Positions 17,374-26,618 are shown, numbered from the stretch's first letter. The stretch: DNA of 64,000 bases from an uncultured virus (IMG/VR IMGVR_UViG_3300042554_000984) (IMGVR_UViG_3300042554_000984:1-64000), one strand, 5' to 3'. Made by a program: numbers and translations. Notes: generated by a model from the letters alone, not told the origin.

Positions 17374-18258
17374 ATGCGTAGATTCCGAAGTTTCGTTTCC
17401 GAAGGTTACAACGGCGATGGCGATTGCATGGAAGCCGCCGCCAACCTAATGATGCGTTTTCACACTCCTTTCTTCGGAAAGCAGTTGCAGTCCAAGTCGG
17501 GAAATCCCATTCTCGTCCATGCCCTCGTCTACGGACAGGGGCCGGTGAAGAATCTTCGGTTCCCCCATGCATGGGTTGAGGATGGAGATACCGTCATCGA
17601 CCAATCCAACGGTCGCGATATCCAAATGGACAAGCGAGTTTACTACGCAGTAGGCAAGATTGATCCCAAGCAGAAGGGTGCCTACAAGACATATACCTTC
17701 AAGGAAATGAAGAAGAAGTTGACATCTACAGGTCACTACGGACATTGGGACTTGGATGAGAAACTTGAGGAAGTCACTTCGCGAATTGGCAAGATGCGAA
17801 AGCCGGTTGGACGCAAGGTGATGGACATCCTGAAGGAAGCAATCGTCAGCGGAGTGGGCGGTGGCGTAAGAAAGCCGATGCCCCCTTCATCCCCCGTCAA
17901 GAAGATTGAGTGGAACGAGTTGAAGCGGCTTGAGTCGATGCTTGACAATCTGTTCGCCGCTGCAAAGTTGGACATCAAGTTCACCAAGCACTTCCTTGAG
18001 AGAGTCAACGGTTCCCGTGGGTACGGCGGCACCGTGACGATGGGTGAGATTCAGGATGCCTTCAACAAGACATTCAAGAAGTATGCAAGCGTCATTCAGA
18101 ACAAGCCCGTCGATTGGAAGGCAGTCATCAACGATGTCTCCAAGAATCTCAACATGCCGTTTGCGTTGGATTGGGACGCAAGCAAGAAAAGCATGGTGAT
18201 CCTGACGGCGATGAAGAAACCCAACTTTGCCTCGCCCGACCCAAAGTTGAAGGTCTGA
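17374..18258 (+). CDS. two-module protein: transglutaminase/papain-like domain plus small FTKHFLER domain
   Basis: GDC...HAWVE...VID triad-like motif; N-terminus MRRFRSFVSE; CTAAATA upstream. Confidence 0.55.
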   Translation: MRRFRSFVSEGYNGDGDCMEAAANLMMRFHTPFFGKQLQSKSGNPILVHALVYGQGPVKNLRFPHAWVEDGDTVIDQSNGRDIQMDKRVYYAVGKIDPKQKGAYKTYTFKEMKKKLTSTGHYGHWDLDEKLEEVTSRIGKMRKPVGRKVMDILKEAIVSGVGGGVRKPMPPSSPVKKIEWNELKRLESMLDNLFAAAKLDIKFTKHFLERVNGSRGYGGTVTMGEIQDAFNKTFKKYASVIQNKPVDWKAVINDVSKNLNMPFALDWDASKKSMVILTAMKKPNFASPDPKLKV

Positions 18259-18343
18259 TAACAAACAAAGTTATTGGTCAAATTCCGCAGCATCCAAGGG
18301 GGTTGACGGCGAGAACGGATTTTGCTAAACTTGGGTCAGACAA

Positions 18344-19216
18344 ATGACCACGACGATGACCGCCAACTCCCCAACCGTCACGAACCGCCCCCTGCTGCCC
18401 GAGATGCAACCGGACTTCGCGACGATGGCGGTGCCTTCGACCGCCGATTGGGATTTTGTCAGGGAAACGGTTTCTATGACAAATTTTGTCAGGGAAACCT
18501 ACCGTGGTGTCGTGTTCAGCGCCAAAAAGGTGGAAGATGCCCTAGAGCAACTACGCTCTCGCGGGGAAGTCTACGCCGCCGTCATGACGGTCGATGTTGA
18601 TGAGTCCCGCCCCGTATCCTCCGACTACGATCCTACCGTGTTTGGTAGGGTCTACCTTCGGGTGGCTTATCGGAACAACGCAACACCGAACAATCCCGTC
18701 GATGTCACCGCCATTCCCTTGGCTTCGATGTACACGCAGTTCTATCCGACCGCGAGTGACCGTGAGCGGCTGAGGGCCACCGTCACCGAGATGGTGGAAA
18801 CCGTCAGTCCGCTGACGGATTATTGGAAGTCCCTGCTCACCACGGCCAAGTCGATGGTGGCTTCTCCCGACCGTGTTGAAGCAGCACGGACGGAATTGAT
18901 CCTTGGGATGATGGAGCAAATCCGCAACGATATGCGGGCTGCTCTCAACGACAAAATGCGCCGTGGCTGCAACATCGGAGTCAAGGTCGTGAGAGGACGC
19001 AAGGTTCCTGTTGGCACCATGGGCAAGGTCTTTTGGGCAGGCAAGAATCAATGGGGTCTTCGGGTCGGGCTGAAGACGGACAAGGGAACCGTCTATTGGA
19101 CCAGCGTGGCAAATGTTGAAGTCACCGACCAGCCCAACGAAATGGAAGTCCTGGCCACGGCTAGGCAGCGATACACCAACATCTACTCCGACCTGTTCGG
19201 TTCCGCCCGAGACTAA
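18344..19216 (+). CDS. hypothetical early protein with C-terminal SH3-like VVRGRKVPVG domain
   Basis: TTGACG-17-TAAACT promoter at 18303-18331; GC-rich early-type codon usage. Confidence 0.7.
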   Translation: MTTTMTANSPTVTNRPLLPEMQPDFATMAVPSTADWDFVRETVSMTNFVRETYRGVVFSAKKVEDALEQLRSRGEVYAAVMTVDVDESRPVSSDYDPTVFGRVYLRVAYRNNATPNNPVDVTAIPLASMYTQFYPTASDRERLRATVTEMVETVSPLTDYWKSLLTTAKSMVASPDRVEAARTELILGMMEQIRNDMRAALNDKMRRGCNIGVKVVRGRKVPVGTMGKVFWAGKNQWGLRVGLKTDKGTVYWTSVANVEVTDQPNEMEVLATARQRYTNIYSDLFGSARD

Positions 19217-19234
19217 CAAAAGTTTGTCTTTGCT

Positions 19235-19263
19235 GCCCCGCCCAAGAGGCGGGGTTTTTCTTT
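19235..19263 (+). terminator. rho-independent terminator
   Basis: GCCCCGCC-CAAGA-GGCGGGGT followed by a T-run. Confidence 0.75.
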
Positions 19264-19264
19264 G

Positions 19265-19292
19265 TTGACATCAACCCCCCATGGGGTATAAT
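19265..19292 (+). promoter_or_regulatory. sigma70-like promoter of the tRNA cluster
   Basis: TTGACA-16 nt-TATAAT, 9 nt before the first tRNA. Confidence 0.8.
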
Positions 19293-19301
19293 CCCGACAA
19301 T

Positions 19302-19374
19302 GGCACGGTAGACCAACGGCAGAGTCAGTTGACTCAAAATCAACATAGTGTGGGTTCGAATCCCACCCGTGCTA
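19302..19374 (+). tRNA. tRNA-Leu(CAA), short variable arm
   Basis: Acceptor GGCACGG/CCGTGCT-A, anticodon arm GTTGA-CTCAAAA-TCAAC, T arm GTGGG-TTCGAAT-CCCAC. Confidence 0.9.
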
Positions 19375-19386
19375 CTATAGATACTT

Positions 19387-19458
19387 GCGAATGTAACTCA
19401 GCGGTAGAGTCTCGGTTTTCCAAACCGATGGTCGTGGGTTCGAATCCCATCATTCGCT
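19387..19458 (+). tRNA. tRNA-Gly(TCC)
   Basis: Acceptor GCGAATG/CATTCGC-T, anticodon arm TCGGT-TTTCCAA-ACCGA, TTCGAAT T loop. Confidence 0.9.
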
Positions 19459-19463
19459 TATAT

Positions 19464-19568
19464 GCGTAGTTAAGCAGCAGGGGATAAACCGCTAGGCTTA
19501 CTAGGGTCGCCTACTTGCAAGGGGTGATCTGATACAGAGCAACAGAGGTGCAAGTCCTCCGCTACGCT
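19464..19568 (+). ncRNA. tRNA-like RNA with non-canonical core (105 nt)
   Basis: Acceptor GCGTAGT/GCTACGC-T and T arm GAGG-TGCAAGT-CCTC are present, but the D region is enlarged, stem TAGGC/GCCTA closes an 11-nt loop, and there is a long extra arm. Confidence 0.55.
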
Positions 19569-19572
19569 TCGA

Positions 19573-19644
19573 TGGCCCATAGCACAACGGTAGTGCGATC
19601 CGCTGTTAACGGATAGGTTGAAGGTTCGAATCCTTCTGGGCCAG
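19573..19644 (+). tRNA. tRNA-Asn(GTT)
   Basis: Acceptor TGGCCCA/TGGGCCA-G, anticodon arm ATCCG-CTGTTAA-CGGAT, TTCGAAT T loop. Confidence 0.92.
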
Positions 19645-19689
19645 TTTATAAATAACCGTGTATGAGCCGATGTTGAAAGGAGGCTCACC

Positions 19690-20487
19690 ATGCGGATGCG
19701 TAATCTAGCGGCGGCTGCACTTGCGGTCGCTCTTCCCACGGTAGGGCTGAATGCCTGCAAAGGTGTCAGCCCTTTGTCTTTCCATGAGTCGATGGAGGCA
19801 CAGCGAACGGTGGTGATACGCAGGATAATTTCCTGCAATATTGCAATCTCGTACAACAATGCATTGGGTTCGGGTGTTGTGTATCGCAAAGATGGAAAGT
19901 TGTATGCACTTACCGCTGCCCATGTCGTTGAAGACGAACCCACCACGGTCGCAGCATTTTCGGTAAACGGTTCAGCACCGATTCCTTTCGTCACAAAGAC
20001 CCACGGAACCAAGGACATACTTGTGTTTGCCGTGGAGGAAAATGGAACGAATGTGTATTATGCCTGCAAGGCAGACATTGTTCTTGTGGTTCCAGAAGAG
20101 GACATAGCGGTCTTGCAGTTGCAGGAAATACCCGGCTTGGTTGAAAACATTGGCAATTCAACTTTTGACTTTTCGACTCCAACCATTGGTGAAAGAGTCT
20201 TTGCCGTTGGCAACACCTCTTTCGAAATTGGAACTTTGTCGGCAGGGATAGTTCAGCATGGAAACAGAAAGCCCGCAGGAAGCACAGGAGAACAAAGATT
20301 CGTACAGAGCGACTGTGCAGGAGGACCGGGGATGAGTGGTGGTGGGCTGTTCCTGCAAAGCACGGGAGAGTGCATCGGAATCGTGTCCATGAAGAGCGAT
20401 ATCACGGGAAGCATTTATGCCATCCCTATGAGCAAAGTCAAAACTTCAATTTTGAATTCCCTTCGGAAGGATGTCTGTCCCGACTGA
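19690..20487 (+). CDS. trypsin-like (S1) serine protease with signal/lipoprotein-like leader
   Basis: TAAHVV, DIAVL, GMSGGG catalytic triad; TATAAATA at 19647; AGGAGG RBS. Confidence 0.85.
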   Translation: MRMRNLAAAALAVALPTVGLNACKGVSPLSFHESMEAQRTVVIRRIISCNIAISYNNALGSGVVYRKDGKLYALTAAHVVEDEPTTVAAFSVNGSAPIPFVTKTHGTKDILVFAVEENGTNVYYACKADIVLVVPEEDIAVLQLQEIPGLVENIGNSTFDFSTPTIGERVFAVGNTSFEIGTLSAGIVQHGNRKPAGSTGEQRFVQSDCAGGPGMSGGGLFLQSTGECIGIVSMKSDITGSIYAIPMSKVKTSILNSLRKDVCPD

Positions 20488-20529
20488 ACATCCATTGTCT
20501 CTATCTCGTACTTCTAGCAGGAGATCACC

Positions 20530-21936
20530 ATGCTGCTACCTCTAGCAACCACCCTGTCGCTTCTCGCCCCTCCACAGATTGCCGAAGTTCCGCAAGTGGA
20601 TACCATGTTCATCCAATGGAAGCAGTCAGCAGACAAGGCACGAATACTTTCCTCGCTTGATGGCATTGAATCCGTACACCACTACGAGAACATTCCCAAC
20701 CTTACTTTGGTTGACATGGTTGATGTTTCGTCAATGCAGCAGGCAACATCTAAACTTTCGGGAAATCCAAGCATTGAATTCATCGAAGAGGATCGATGGG
20801 TCATCGTTGAGAGGCAGACTTTCCCACCACCGAATGATCCCGGCTTCTCTCAATGTTGGGGTCTTCGCAACACCGGCTCAAGTGGCGGTCAGGCGGGATG
20901 GGACATGAATGCCTTGGGTGCTTGGGATGTAACCACGGGGAATCCTGCCGTCAGAGTGATGATCATCGAAACGGGAGTGGATGAGACACATGCTGACCTG
21001 AACCTAGACCAAGGCAGGGACTTTACCACAGGTGCCGTAAATGGCATCTTGGGTGGGGGGCCAAGCAATCAATGTGACAATCATGGCACAGCCGTGGCAG
21101 GATGCATCTCCGCAAGGATCAACAACGCATCAGGCACGGTCGGGATCGCTCCCAATTGCAAGGTGGTATCGGCAAAGGTAGGCATTGCAACTACGCCATG
21201 CAGCGGCTCATGGAATGGACAGATCAGTTGGACGGTGAATGCCTTGAATTGGGCAATCGGTGCAGGCATAAAGGTGACCAACAACAGCAACGATTACGGC
21301 ACATCCTCCAATGCAATGAGCAGCGCATATTCGGCAGGCCGTGCAGCAGGCATCGTGCATTTTGCAAGTGCAGGCAACGGAGGAACGGAGGGCATGGGAT
21401 TCCCCGCAAGATTGAGCAGCGTCAATGCTGTAGGCTCTGCCTCAAGGAATGGAACCAAGTCTTCTTTCTCAAGTTACGGCAACGGAATTGCATTCGTTGC
21501 TCCCGGTCAGTCCATCTATACAACCGACAGAACAGGAAGTGCAGGATACAATTCAACAAATTGGGTTACCATCGACGGCACATCGTTCTCGTCGCCATAT
21601 GCAGCCGGTGTCGCTGCCCTGCTGTTTTCCGTAAATCCAACCTTGACTCCCACGCAAGTTGAAAATGCGATGAAGTCAACAGCCGATGACATGGGAACCG
21701 CAGGCTATGACACACTTACGGGATGGGGAATGATCGATGCAGCAAAGGCCGTGCAGGCAGTTGCACCACAGCCCTGTCCTGCCGACTTGAACGGGGATTC
21801 AATCGTAGACGGAAATGATCTTGGAATTTTCCTGAGCCTGTGGGGGCAGTCAAATTCAGCAGCCGATTTCAACAATGACAATTTTGTAGATGGAATCGAT
21901 CTTGGAATTTTGCTAAACGCTTGGGGTGGCTGCTGA
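20530..21936 (+). CDS. subtilisin-like (S8) serine protease with C-terminal dockerin-like repeat
   Basis: IIETGVD, HGTAVAG, ASAGN, GTSFSSP; tail CPADLNGDSIVDGNDLG...ADFNNDNFVDGIDLGILLNAWGGC. Confidence 0.9.
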   Translation: MLLPLATTLSLLAPPQIAEVPQVDTMFIQWKQSADKARILSSLDGIESVHHYENIPNLTLVDMVDVSSMQQATSKLSGNPSIEFIEEDRWVIVERQTFPPPNDPGFSQCWGLRNTGSSGGQAGWDMNALGAWDVTTGNPAVRVMIIETGVDETHADLNLDQGRDFTTGAVNGILGGGPSNQCDNHGTAVAGCISARINNASGTVGIAPNCKVVSAKVGIATTPCSGSWNGQISWTVNALNWAIGAGIKVTNNSNDYGTSSNAMSSAYSAGRAAGIVHFASAGNGGTEGMGFPARLSSVNAVGSASRNGTKSSFSSYGNGIAFVAPGQSIYTTDRTGSAGYNSTNWVTIDGTSFSSPYAAGVAALLFSVNPTLTPTQVENAMKSTADDMGTAGYDTLTGWGMIDAAKAVQAVAPQPCPADLNGDSIVDGNDLGIFLSLWGQSNSAADFNNDNFVDGIDLGILLNAWGGC

Positions 21937-21953
21937 AAGAAACCGAGAGTGGC

Positions 21954-21981
21954 TTGACTTTGCTGTCCCTGTCGTTATACT
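21954..21981 (+). promoter_or_regulatory. sigma70-like promoter for the clamp/clamp-loader operon
   Basis: TTGACT-16 nt-TATACT. Confidence 0.7.
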
Positions 21982-22008
21982 GTGAGCAACACTTTGGAGA
22001 ACTACACC

Positions 22009-22716
22009 ATGAAGATCAGCCAAGACACACTCGCAATCCTCAAGAACTTCAGCACGATCAACAGCAATCTGCTCGTTCGTCCGGGAAACACCCTGACCAC
22101 GATCAGCCCCACCAAGAACATCCTCGCTGAAGCCACCGTCACCGAGACATTTGATGTTGAGTTTGGAGTTTGGGATTTGTCCAAGTTCCTCGCCACCATC
22201 AGCCTGTTCAAGGATCCCGAGTTTGACTTCAGCGATTCCTATGTGGAGATTTCCTCCACCGGCAGCAAGGCTTCGGTGAAGTACTACTACAGCGAACCCG
22301 AACTGCTCGTCAAGGCCGATAAGAAGTTGAAGATGCCGGGGACTCCCGTGAACTTCACCCTCACGGCCAAGGACTACACGGAGTTGCAGAAGGCTGCATC
22401 CGTCCTTCAGGCACCTGACCTTGCATTGGAGTCCACCGACGATGACCGCATGGTTCTCCGTGTCTTTGATCGCAAGGACAGCACAAGCCACTCCTACAGC
22501 ATCGATGTCGGAGAGAACAAGAGCGGTGCGGCTTTCTCTTTCCTCTTCAAGACCGAGAACCTGAAGATGATTCCTGGCACCTACGAGGTGGGCATCAGCG
22601 AGAAGAAGGTGAGTCAGTTCCGCAACAGCAACGGCATCACCTATTGGATTTCACTAGAGGCAGACAGCGAGTACGAGGCTTCCAACAACAAGATCGCCAA
22701 TGTCGCTTCTCGTTGA
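22009..22716 (+). CDS. gp45: sliding clamp (T4 gp45-like)
   Basis: MKIS..TLAILKNFSTINSN..., FGVWDLSKFL, FKTENLKMIPG.Y, YWISLE. Confidence 0.93.
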   Translation: MKISQDTLAILKNFSTINSNLLVRPGNTLTTISPTKNILAEATVTETFDVEFGVWDLSKFLATISLFKDPEFDFSDSYVEISSTGSKASVKYYYSEPELLVKADKKLKMPGTPVNFTLTAKDYTELQKAASVLQAPDLALESTDDDRMVLRVFDRKDSTSHSYSIDVGENKSGAAFSFLFKTENLKMIPGTYEVGISEKKVSQFRNSNGITYWISLEADSEYEASNNKIANVASR

Positions 22717-23629
22717 AAAGTATCGTCCCGCCAAAATTGCCGATTGCGTCCTGCCCAAGAACATCAAGAAGATGTTTGAGGATATCGCCAAGACTGGCGA
22801 CATCCCCAACTTGATTCTCAACGGCGGTGCGGGTTGCGGCAAGACTACGGTAGCCAAGGCACTATGCAACGAACTAGGCATCGACTACCTGTTCGTGAAT
22901 GCTAGTGAGGACAGCGGCATCGATGTGCTGCGGACTCGCATCCGCAACTTTGCATCGACCGTTGCCCTTGGTGGAGGGAAGAAGGTTGTCATCCTTGATG
23001 AGGCTGACTATCTCAATCCGCAGTCCACGCAACCCGCACTCCGTGGGTTCATCGAAGAGTTCGCGGCAAACTGTCGCTTCATCATGACTTGCAACTTCAA
23101 GAGTCGGATCATCGAACCGCTGCACTCCCGCTGCACGATGATCGACTTCAAGATTCCAAGCAAGGAGAAGCCAACGCTTGCATCGGAGTTTCTTGAACGG
23201 GCGAAGTTCGTGCTTGGCAGCGAGGGGATCGCTTATGACGAGAAGGTGGTTGCCCAACTCATCGTAAAGAACTTCCCCGATTTCCGCAAGGTTCTCAACC
23301 TGATTCAGCGTTATTCTGTGTCGGGTGCGATTGACTCGGGCATCCTGTCTGCATCTACGGACATCACGGTCAACTCCCTCATCGAATCGATGAAGAAGAA
23401 GGACTTCAATGGCATCCGCAAGTGGGCAGTAGACAACGCCGACAAGGAGATGGCAGGAATTTTCCGCCGTATTTATGATTCTCTGCAAGACCACATCGAC
23501 GCTCCATCGATTCCACAGGCCGTGCTGATTCTGTCGGAGTATCAGTACAAGTCTGCGTTCGTCGCGGATCAGGAAATCAACCTAGTCGCTTGCTGTCTCA
23601 TGCTTGCTTCCGATTGCACCTTTCGATAA
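22700..23629 (+). CDS. gp44: clamp loader large subunit (gp44-like)
   Basis: VEKYRP, GAGCGKTT, ILDEADYL, QPALRGFIEEF, PLHSRC. Confidence 0.95.
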   Translation: MSLLVEKYRPAKIADCVLPKNIKKMFEDIAKTGDIPNLILNGGAGCGKTTVAKALCNELGIDYLFVNASEDSGIDVLRTRIRNFASTVALGGGKKVVILDEADYLNPQSTQPALRGFIEEFAANCRFIMTCNFKSRIIEPLHSRCTMIDFKIPSKEKPTLASEFLERAKFVLGSEGIAYDEKVVAQLIVKNFPDFRKVLNLIQRYSVSGAIDSGILSASTDITVNSLIESMKKKDFNGIRKWAVDNADKEMAGIFRRIYDSLQDHIDAPSIPQAVLILSEYQYKSAFVADQEINLVACCLMLASDCTFR

Positions 23630-23652
23630 ATAGAGAGCGAAGGGAGGTCGGT

Positions 23653-24372
23653 ATGGACAAGAAGATCCCTAGCCTCAATGACCTGTCGATCAATCTGCAC
23701 TTGATCAACAAGAAGTACAAGATCAAGGACTTCATCGCGGAGTACCGCGAGGAGATATCCAAGATCAATGATCTTCTTCGGCAGGAACTCATCACTTCGG
23801 ATGGTCTGACCAATCCCGTGCAGAAAGTTGTGCAAATCAGCCAAATGCTCACGGAAGAGGAGTTGGATCAGACGATAGAAGTAGTGGAGAAGTTGTCTCA
23901 CAAGTACGACTACACCTCCTACATTGAAGAGTGCGAAACCATTCGCAGAAACTTCATGGTTGACCGCGAGAACTACTTTGCGGTGAAGGCAACCAAAAGC
24001 CAAGCCAAGATAGTTGATGAAGTGACCACGATCTTTGAATTGACGGGAACCTCGGAGATAATTTTCTCAAAATGGATGGACAAGATCCTAGAGAAGATAC
24101 AGCCCAAGACCCTTGAGATTGACTACGAAGACATCGACGGCAAGCGCAAGAAGGCCAAGGCAAAGCACAAAGTTGCCTCAATGAGCGATGACTTTGTTGA
24201 AGCACCACTCATTGATCGCTATCATGGCATCAATGCATACGACTCGTTCCTACTGCACTCGTTCTTTGATGTGTATCAGAACAAGTGGATTTACATACCA
24301 GTAAAGTTAATCATCTCATTGAGATGCGATGACGATATCGATGACCTTGATGTCGGTGAAGGGAAAAAATGA
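23653..24372 (+). CDS. hypothetical protein inserted between gp44 and gp62
   Basis: GGAGG RBS, ATAAATA box at ~23627, ATGA overlap with gp62. Confidence 0.7.
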   Translation: MDKKIPSLNDLSINLHLINKKYKIKDFIAEYREEISKINDLLRQELITSDGLTNPVQKVVQISQMLTEEELDQTIEVVEKLSHKYDYTSYIEECETIRRNFMVDRENYFAVKATKSQAKIVDEVTTIFELTGTSEIIFSKWMDKILEKIQPKTLEIDYEDIDGKRKKAKAKHKVASMSDDFVEAPLIDRYHGINAYDSFLLHSFFDVYQNKWIYIPVKLIISLRCDDDIDDLDVGEGKK

Positions 24373-24755
24373 ACCCGTTTGAGTTTGTGAAGAGCATCAA
24401 CGAAAAGACCGGAAACATCCTTGAGCAGAATTCAGACCTAGAGAAGGCATACACTCCCTTCTTGGTCAACCGTGGGCTGTCGTTCACTCCCGACACGATC
24501 CTCTCTGCCAACGAGATGAATGCCGCTCCATTCCTTGACAAGCGAATGCAGTATGACTATCTGTATTCAACGGTTCGCAAGAAGAAGCGGTATGCCAAGT
24601 GGATCAAGGCAGAGCAGGACGATCTTGAGGATTTGGTGGTCGAACACTTTCAGGTCAGTCGCCGTAGGGCAGCAGAATATCTTGCCTTGCTGACCGATAG
24701 GGACTTGCAGGAAATCAAGGAAAGAAACAACAAGGGCGGAATTCGCAAATCCTGA
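24369..24755 (+). CDS. gp62: clamp loader small subunit (gp62-like)
   Basis: MNPFEFVKSIN, YTPFLVNRGLS, ANEMN, QYDYL, KKKRYAKW. Confidence 0.9.
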   Translation: MNPFEFVKSINEKTGNILEQNSDLEKAYTPFLVNRGLSFTPDTILSANEMNAAPFLDKRMQYDYLYSTVRKKKRYAKWIKAEQDDLEDLVVEHFQVSRRRAAEYLALLTDRDLQEIKERNNKGGIRKS

Positions 24756-24803
24756 AACACGGATTGACTAAATATCTCCTGTATGCCCAACTAGGAGATC
24801 GTC

Positions 24804-25211
24804 ATGGATTTGTCAACATTCATTGAGGTGACCCTGCCACAGCAGGAGAACTTCCTAAAGGTCAAGGAAACGCTTACCCGAATCGGGATTTCGTCCAAGA
24901 CCGAAAATAAACTCTACCAGTCCTGCCACATTCTCCACAAGAAGGGCAAGTACTACATCGTCCATTTCAAGGAATTGTTCATGCTTGACGGAATGCCAAC
25001 GACATTCCCCGAGAGCGACATTGCCCGACGAAATACCATCGCAAACCTATTGGCCGAGTGGGGCTTGGTCAAACTTGTCGAAACTGCCAAGAGCAAGGAA
25101 CCTGTAGTGCCCGTGTCGTATTTGAAAATTCTGCCTTACGGGGAAAAGAAGGATTGGGAATTGGTTCCCAAGTACAACATCGGCAGAAAAAAGTCACCTG
25201 ACAGCGAGTGA
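24804..25211 (+). CDS. regA: translational repressor RegA
   Basis: FLKVKETLTRIGISS...LYQSCHILHKKGKYYIVHFKELF...RRNTIA.LL.EWGL. Confidence 0.95.
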   Translation: MDLSTFIEVTLPQQENFLKVKETLTRIGISSKTENKLYQSCHILHKKGKYYIVHFKELFMLDGMPTTFPESDIARRNTIANLLAEWGLVKLVETAKSKEPVVPVSYLKILPYGEKKDWELVPKYNIGRKKSPDSE

Positions 25212-25253
25212 TTGCTTGACGGGGGTTGATTGCTGCGATACAATGTCTGAACT

Positions 25254-25805
25254 ATGAACAACGATGAACCAAGGACGCTTCGTTACCTGAAGTTGCATCC
25301 GAAGGTGGCCGATCTCGCTTTGGCCACGCAGGAATCCGCCTGCTTTGACCTTCGGGCATTCTTTCATCCCAACCTCAAGAAGATCGATGGCTTTAATGCT
25401 GATTCGACTTCCATCTCCTCCCCAATTTCAACGATTGAATGGAAAAAGGCAGACAGTCCAAGAGCGGTAGTCATCAATCCCGGCGAGAGAATGATGGTTC
25501 CCACGGGGATCATCTTTGACATTCCCAAGGGTTACTCTGTTCGCATCCATGCCCGCTCTGGTCTTGCCCTGAAGGCGGGTCTTGTGATGGGCAATGCCGA
25601 AGGCATCATTGATTCGGACTATACCGATGAGACTAAGATCATCGTGCTGAACATCAGCAACATTCCGATTCGAATCAACCACGGTGACCGCATCGCACAG
25701 GCCGAGATGGTTCCTGTACTGAACTACAACCTCGTACCCACCACCGAGGACATTGCCCAAAAGACCAACAGAGCGGGTGGCTTTGGCTCTACCGGAGTTT
25801 CATAA
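25254..25805 (+). CDS. dut: trimeric dUTPase
   Basis: SACFDL, RSGLALK, GIIDSDY, GDRIAQ, RAGGFGSTG. Confidence 0.95.
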   Translation: MNNDEPRTLRYLKLHPKVADLALATQESACFDLRAFFHPNLKKIDGFNADSTSISSPISTIEWKKADSPRAVVINPGERMMVPTGIIFDIPKGYSVRIHARSGLALKAGLVMGNAEGIIDSDYTDETKIIVLNISNIPIRINHGDRIAQAEMVPVLNYNLVPTTEDIAQKTNRAGGFGSTGVS

Positions 25806-26311
25806 TGAACCGAGAAGAACTTCTGAATATGCACTCGACCCTCTGCGATAAGTCACGCAACCTGATGAGAAAGAAGAATGCTGACTACGCAGGAAAGCAT
25901 GGTGTGGAGCCGTTTGCCAACTTCACCCGTGTGGAGTCGATGGGCATCTGCAAGACTGAGGCAGGAATGCTCGTTCGAATGACCGATAAGATGAGCAGAC
26001 TGTCATCTTTTCTTGAGGCCGGTAAGTTTGAGGTCAAGGATGAGTCCCTTGAGGACACCATTCTTGACATGATTAATTATTCGGTACTTCTGTACTCCTA
26101 CATTTCCGATAAGAAAAAGAGTCAGGAAAATTTCATCTCTGTGGGCGGGAATGCCGATACCAGTAATAGGGAACCCCCTGTTTACCTAACGGAGAACCAT
26201 GAAAATGAAAAGTGCGAGATTGATCCTGTCGGCCCTCCTCATTTACGCAACGGTTGCTGTGGCGGCGGTGCCAACCTTTTCACGACACGAACGCCTCTTG
26301 CAGGCGATTGA
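25805..26311 (+). CDS. nucleotide-modification-associated (DUF1599-like) protein
   Basis: KKNADYAG..PFANF...VRMTDK.SRL...ESLEDTILDMINYS. Confidence 0.7.
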   Translation: MNREELLNMHSTLCDKSRNLMRKKNADYAGKHGVEPFANFTRVESMGICKTEAGMLVRMTDKMSRLSSFLEAGKFEVKDESLEDTILDMINYSVLLYSYISDKKKSQENFISVGGNADTSNREPPVYLTENHENEKCEIDPVGPPHLRNGCCGGGANLFTTRTPLAGD

Positions 26312-26618
26312 GCAAGTTGAGTCGCGAGGAAACGCAAAGGCTGTGGGCGACAATGGACGAGCAATCGGTCCATTTCAGATTTGGCGTTCTTACTGGCAGG
26401 ATGCCGTTGAGCATGACAAGAACATCGGAGGTCGTTACGAGGATTGCTTCGACAAGGAGTATGCCAAGCGAATCGTCCTTGCCTATTGGGATCGTTATGC
26501 TCCTAAGAATGCAACAGATGAGCAATTGGCTAGGATCCACAACGGTGGCCCGAAAGGCCACCGAAACCCGAAGACTCTAGAGTATTGGACAAAGGTAAAG
26601 AGAGAACTACTGAAATGA
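26199..26618 (+). CDS. i-type (destabilase-like) lysozyme / lytic transglycosylase with signal peptide
   Basis: QVESRG...GPFQIWRSYWQDA...ARIHNGGPKG; GGAG RBS. Confidence 0.8.
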   Translation: MKMKSARLILSALLIYATVAVAAVPTFSRHERLLQAIEQVESRGNAKAVGDNGRAIGPFQIWRSYWQDAVEHDKNIGGRYEDCFDKEYAKRIVLAYWDRYAPKNATDEQLARIHNGGPKGHRNPKTLEYWTKVKRELLK

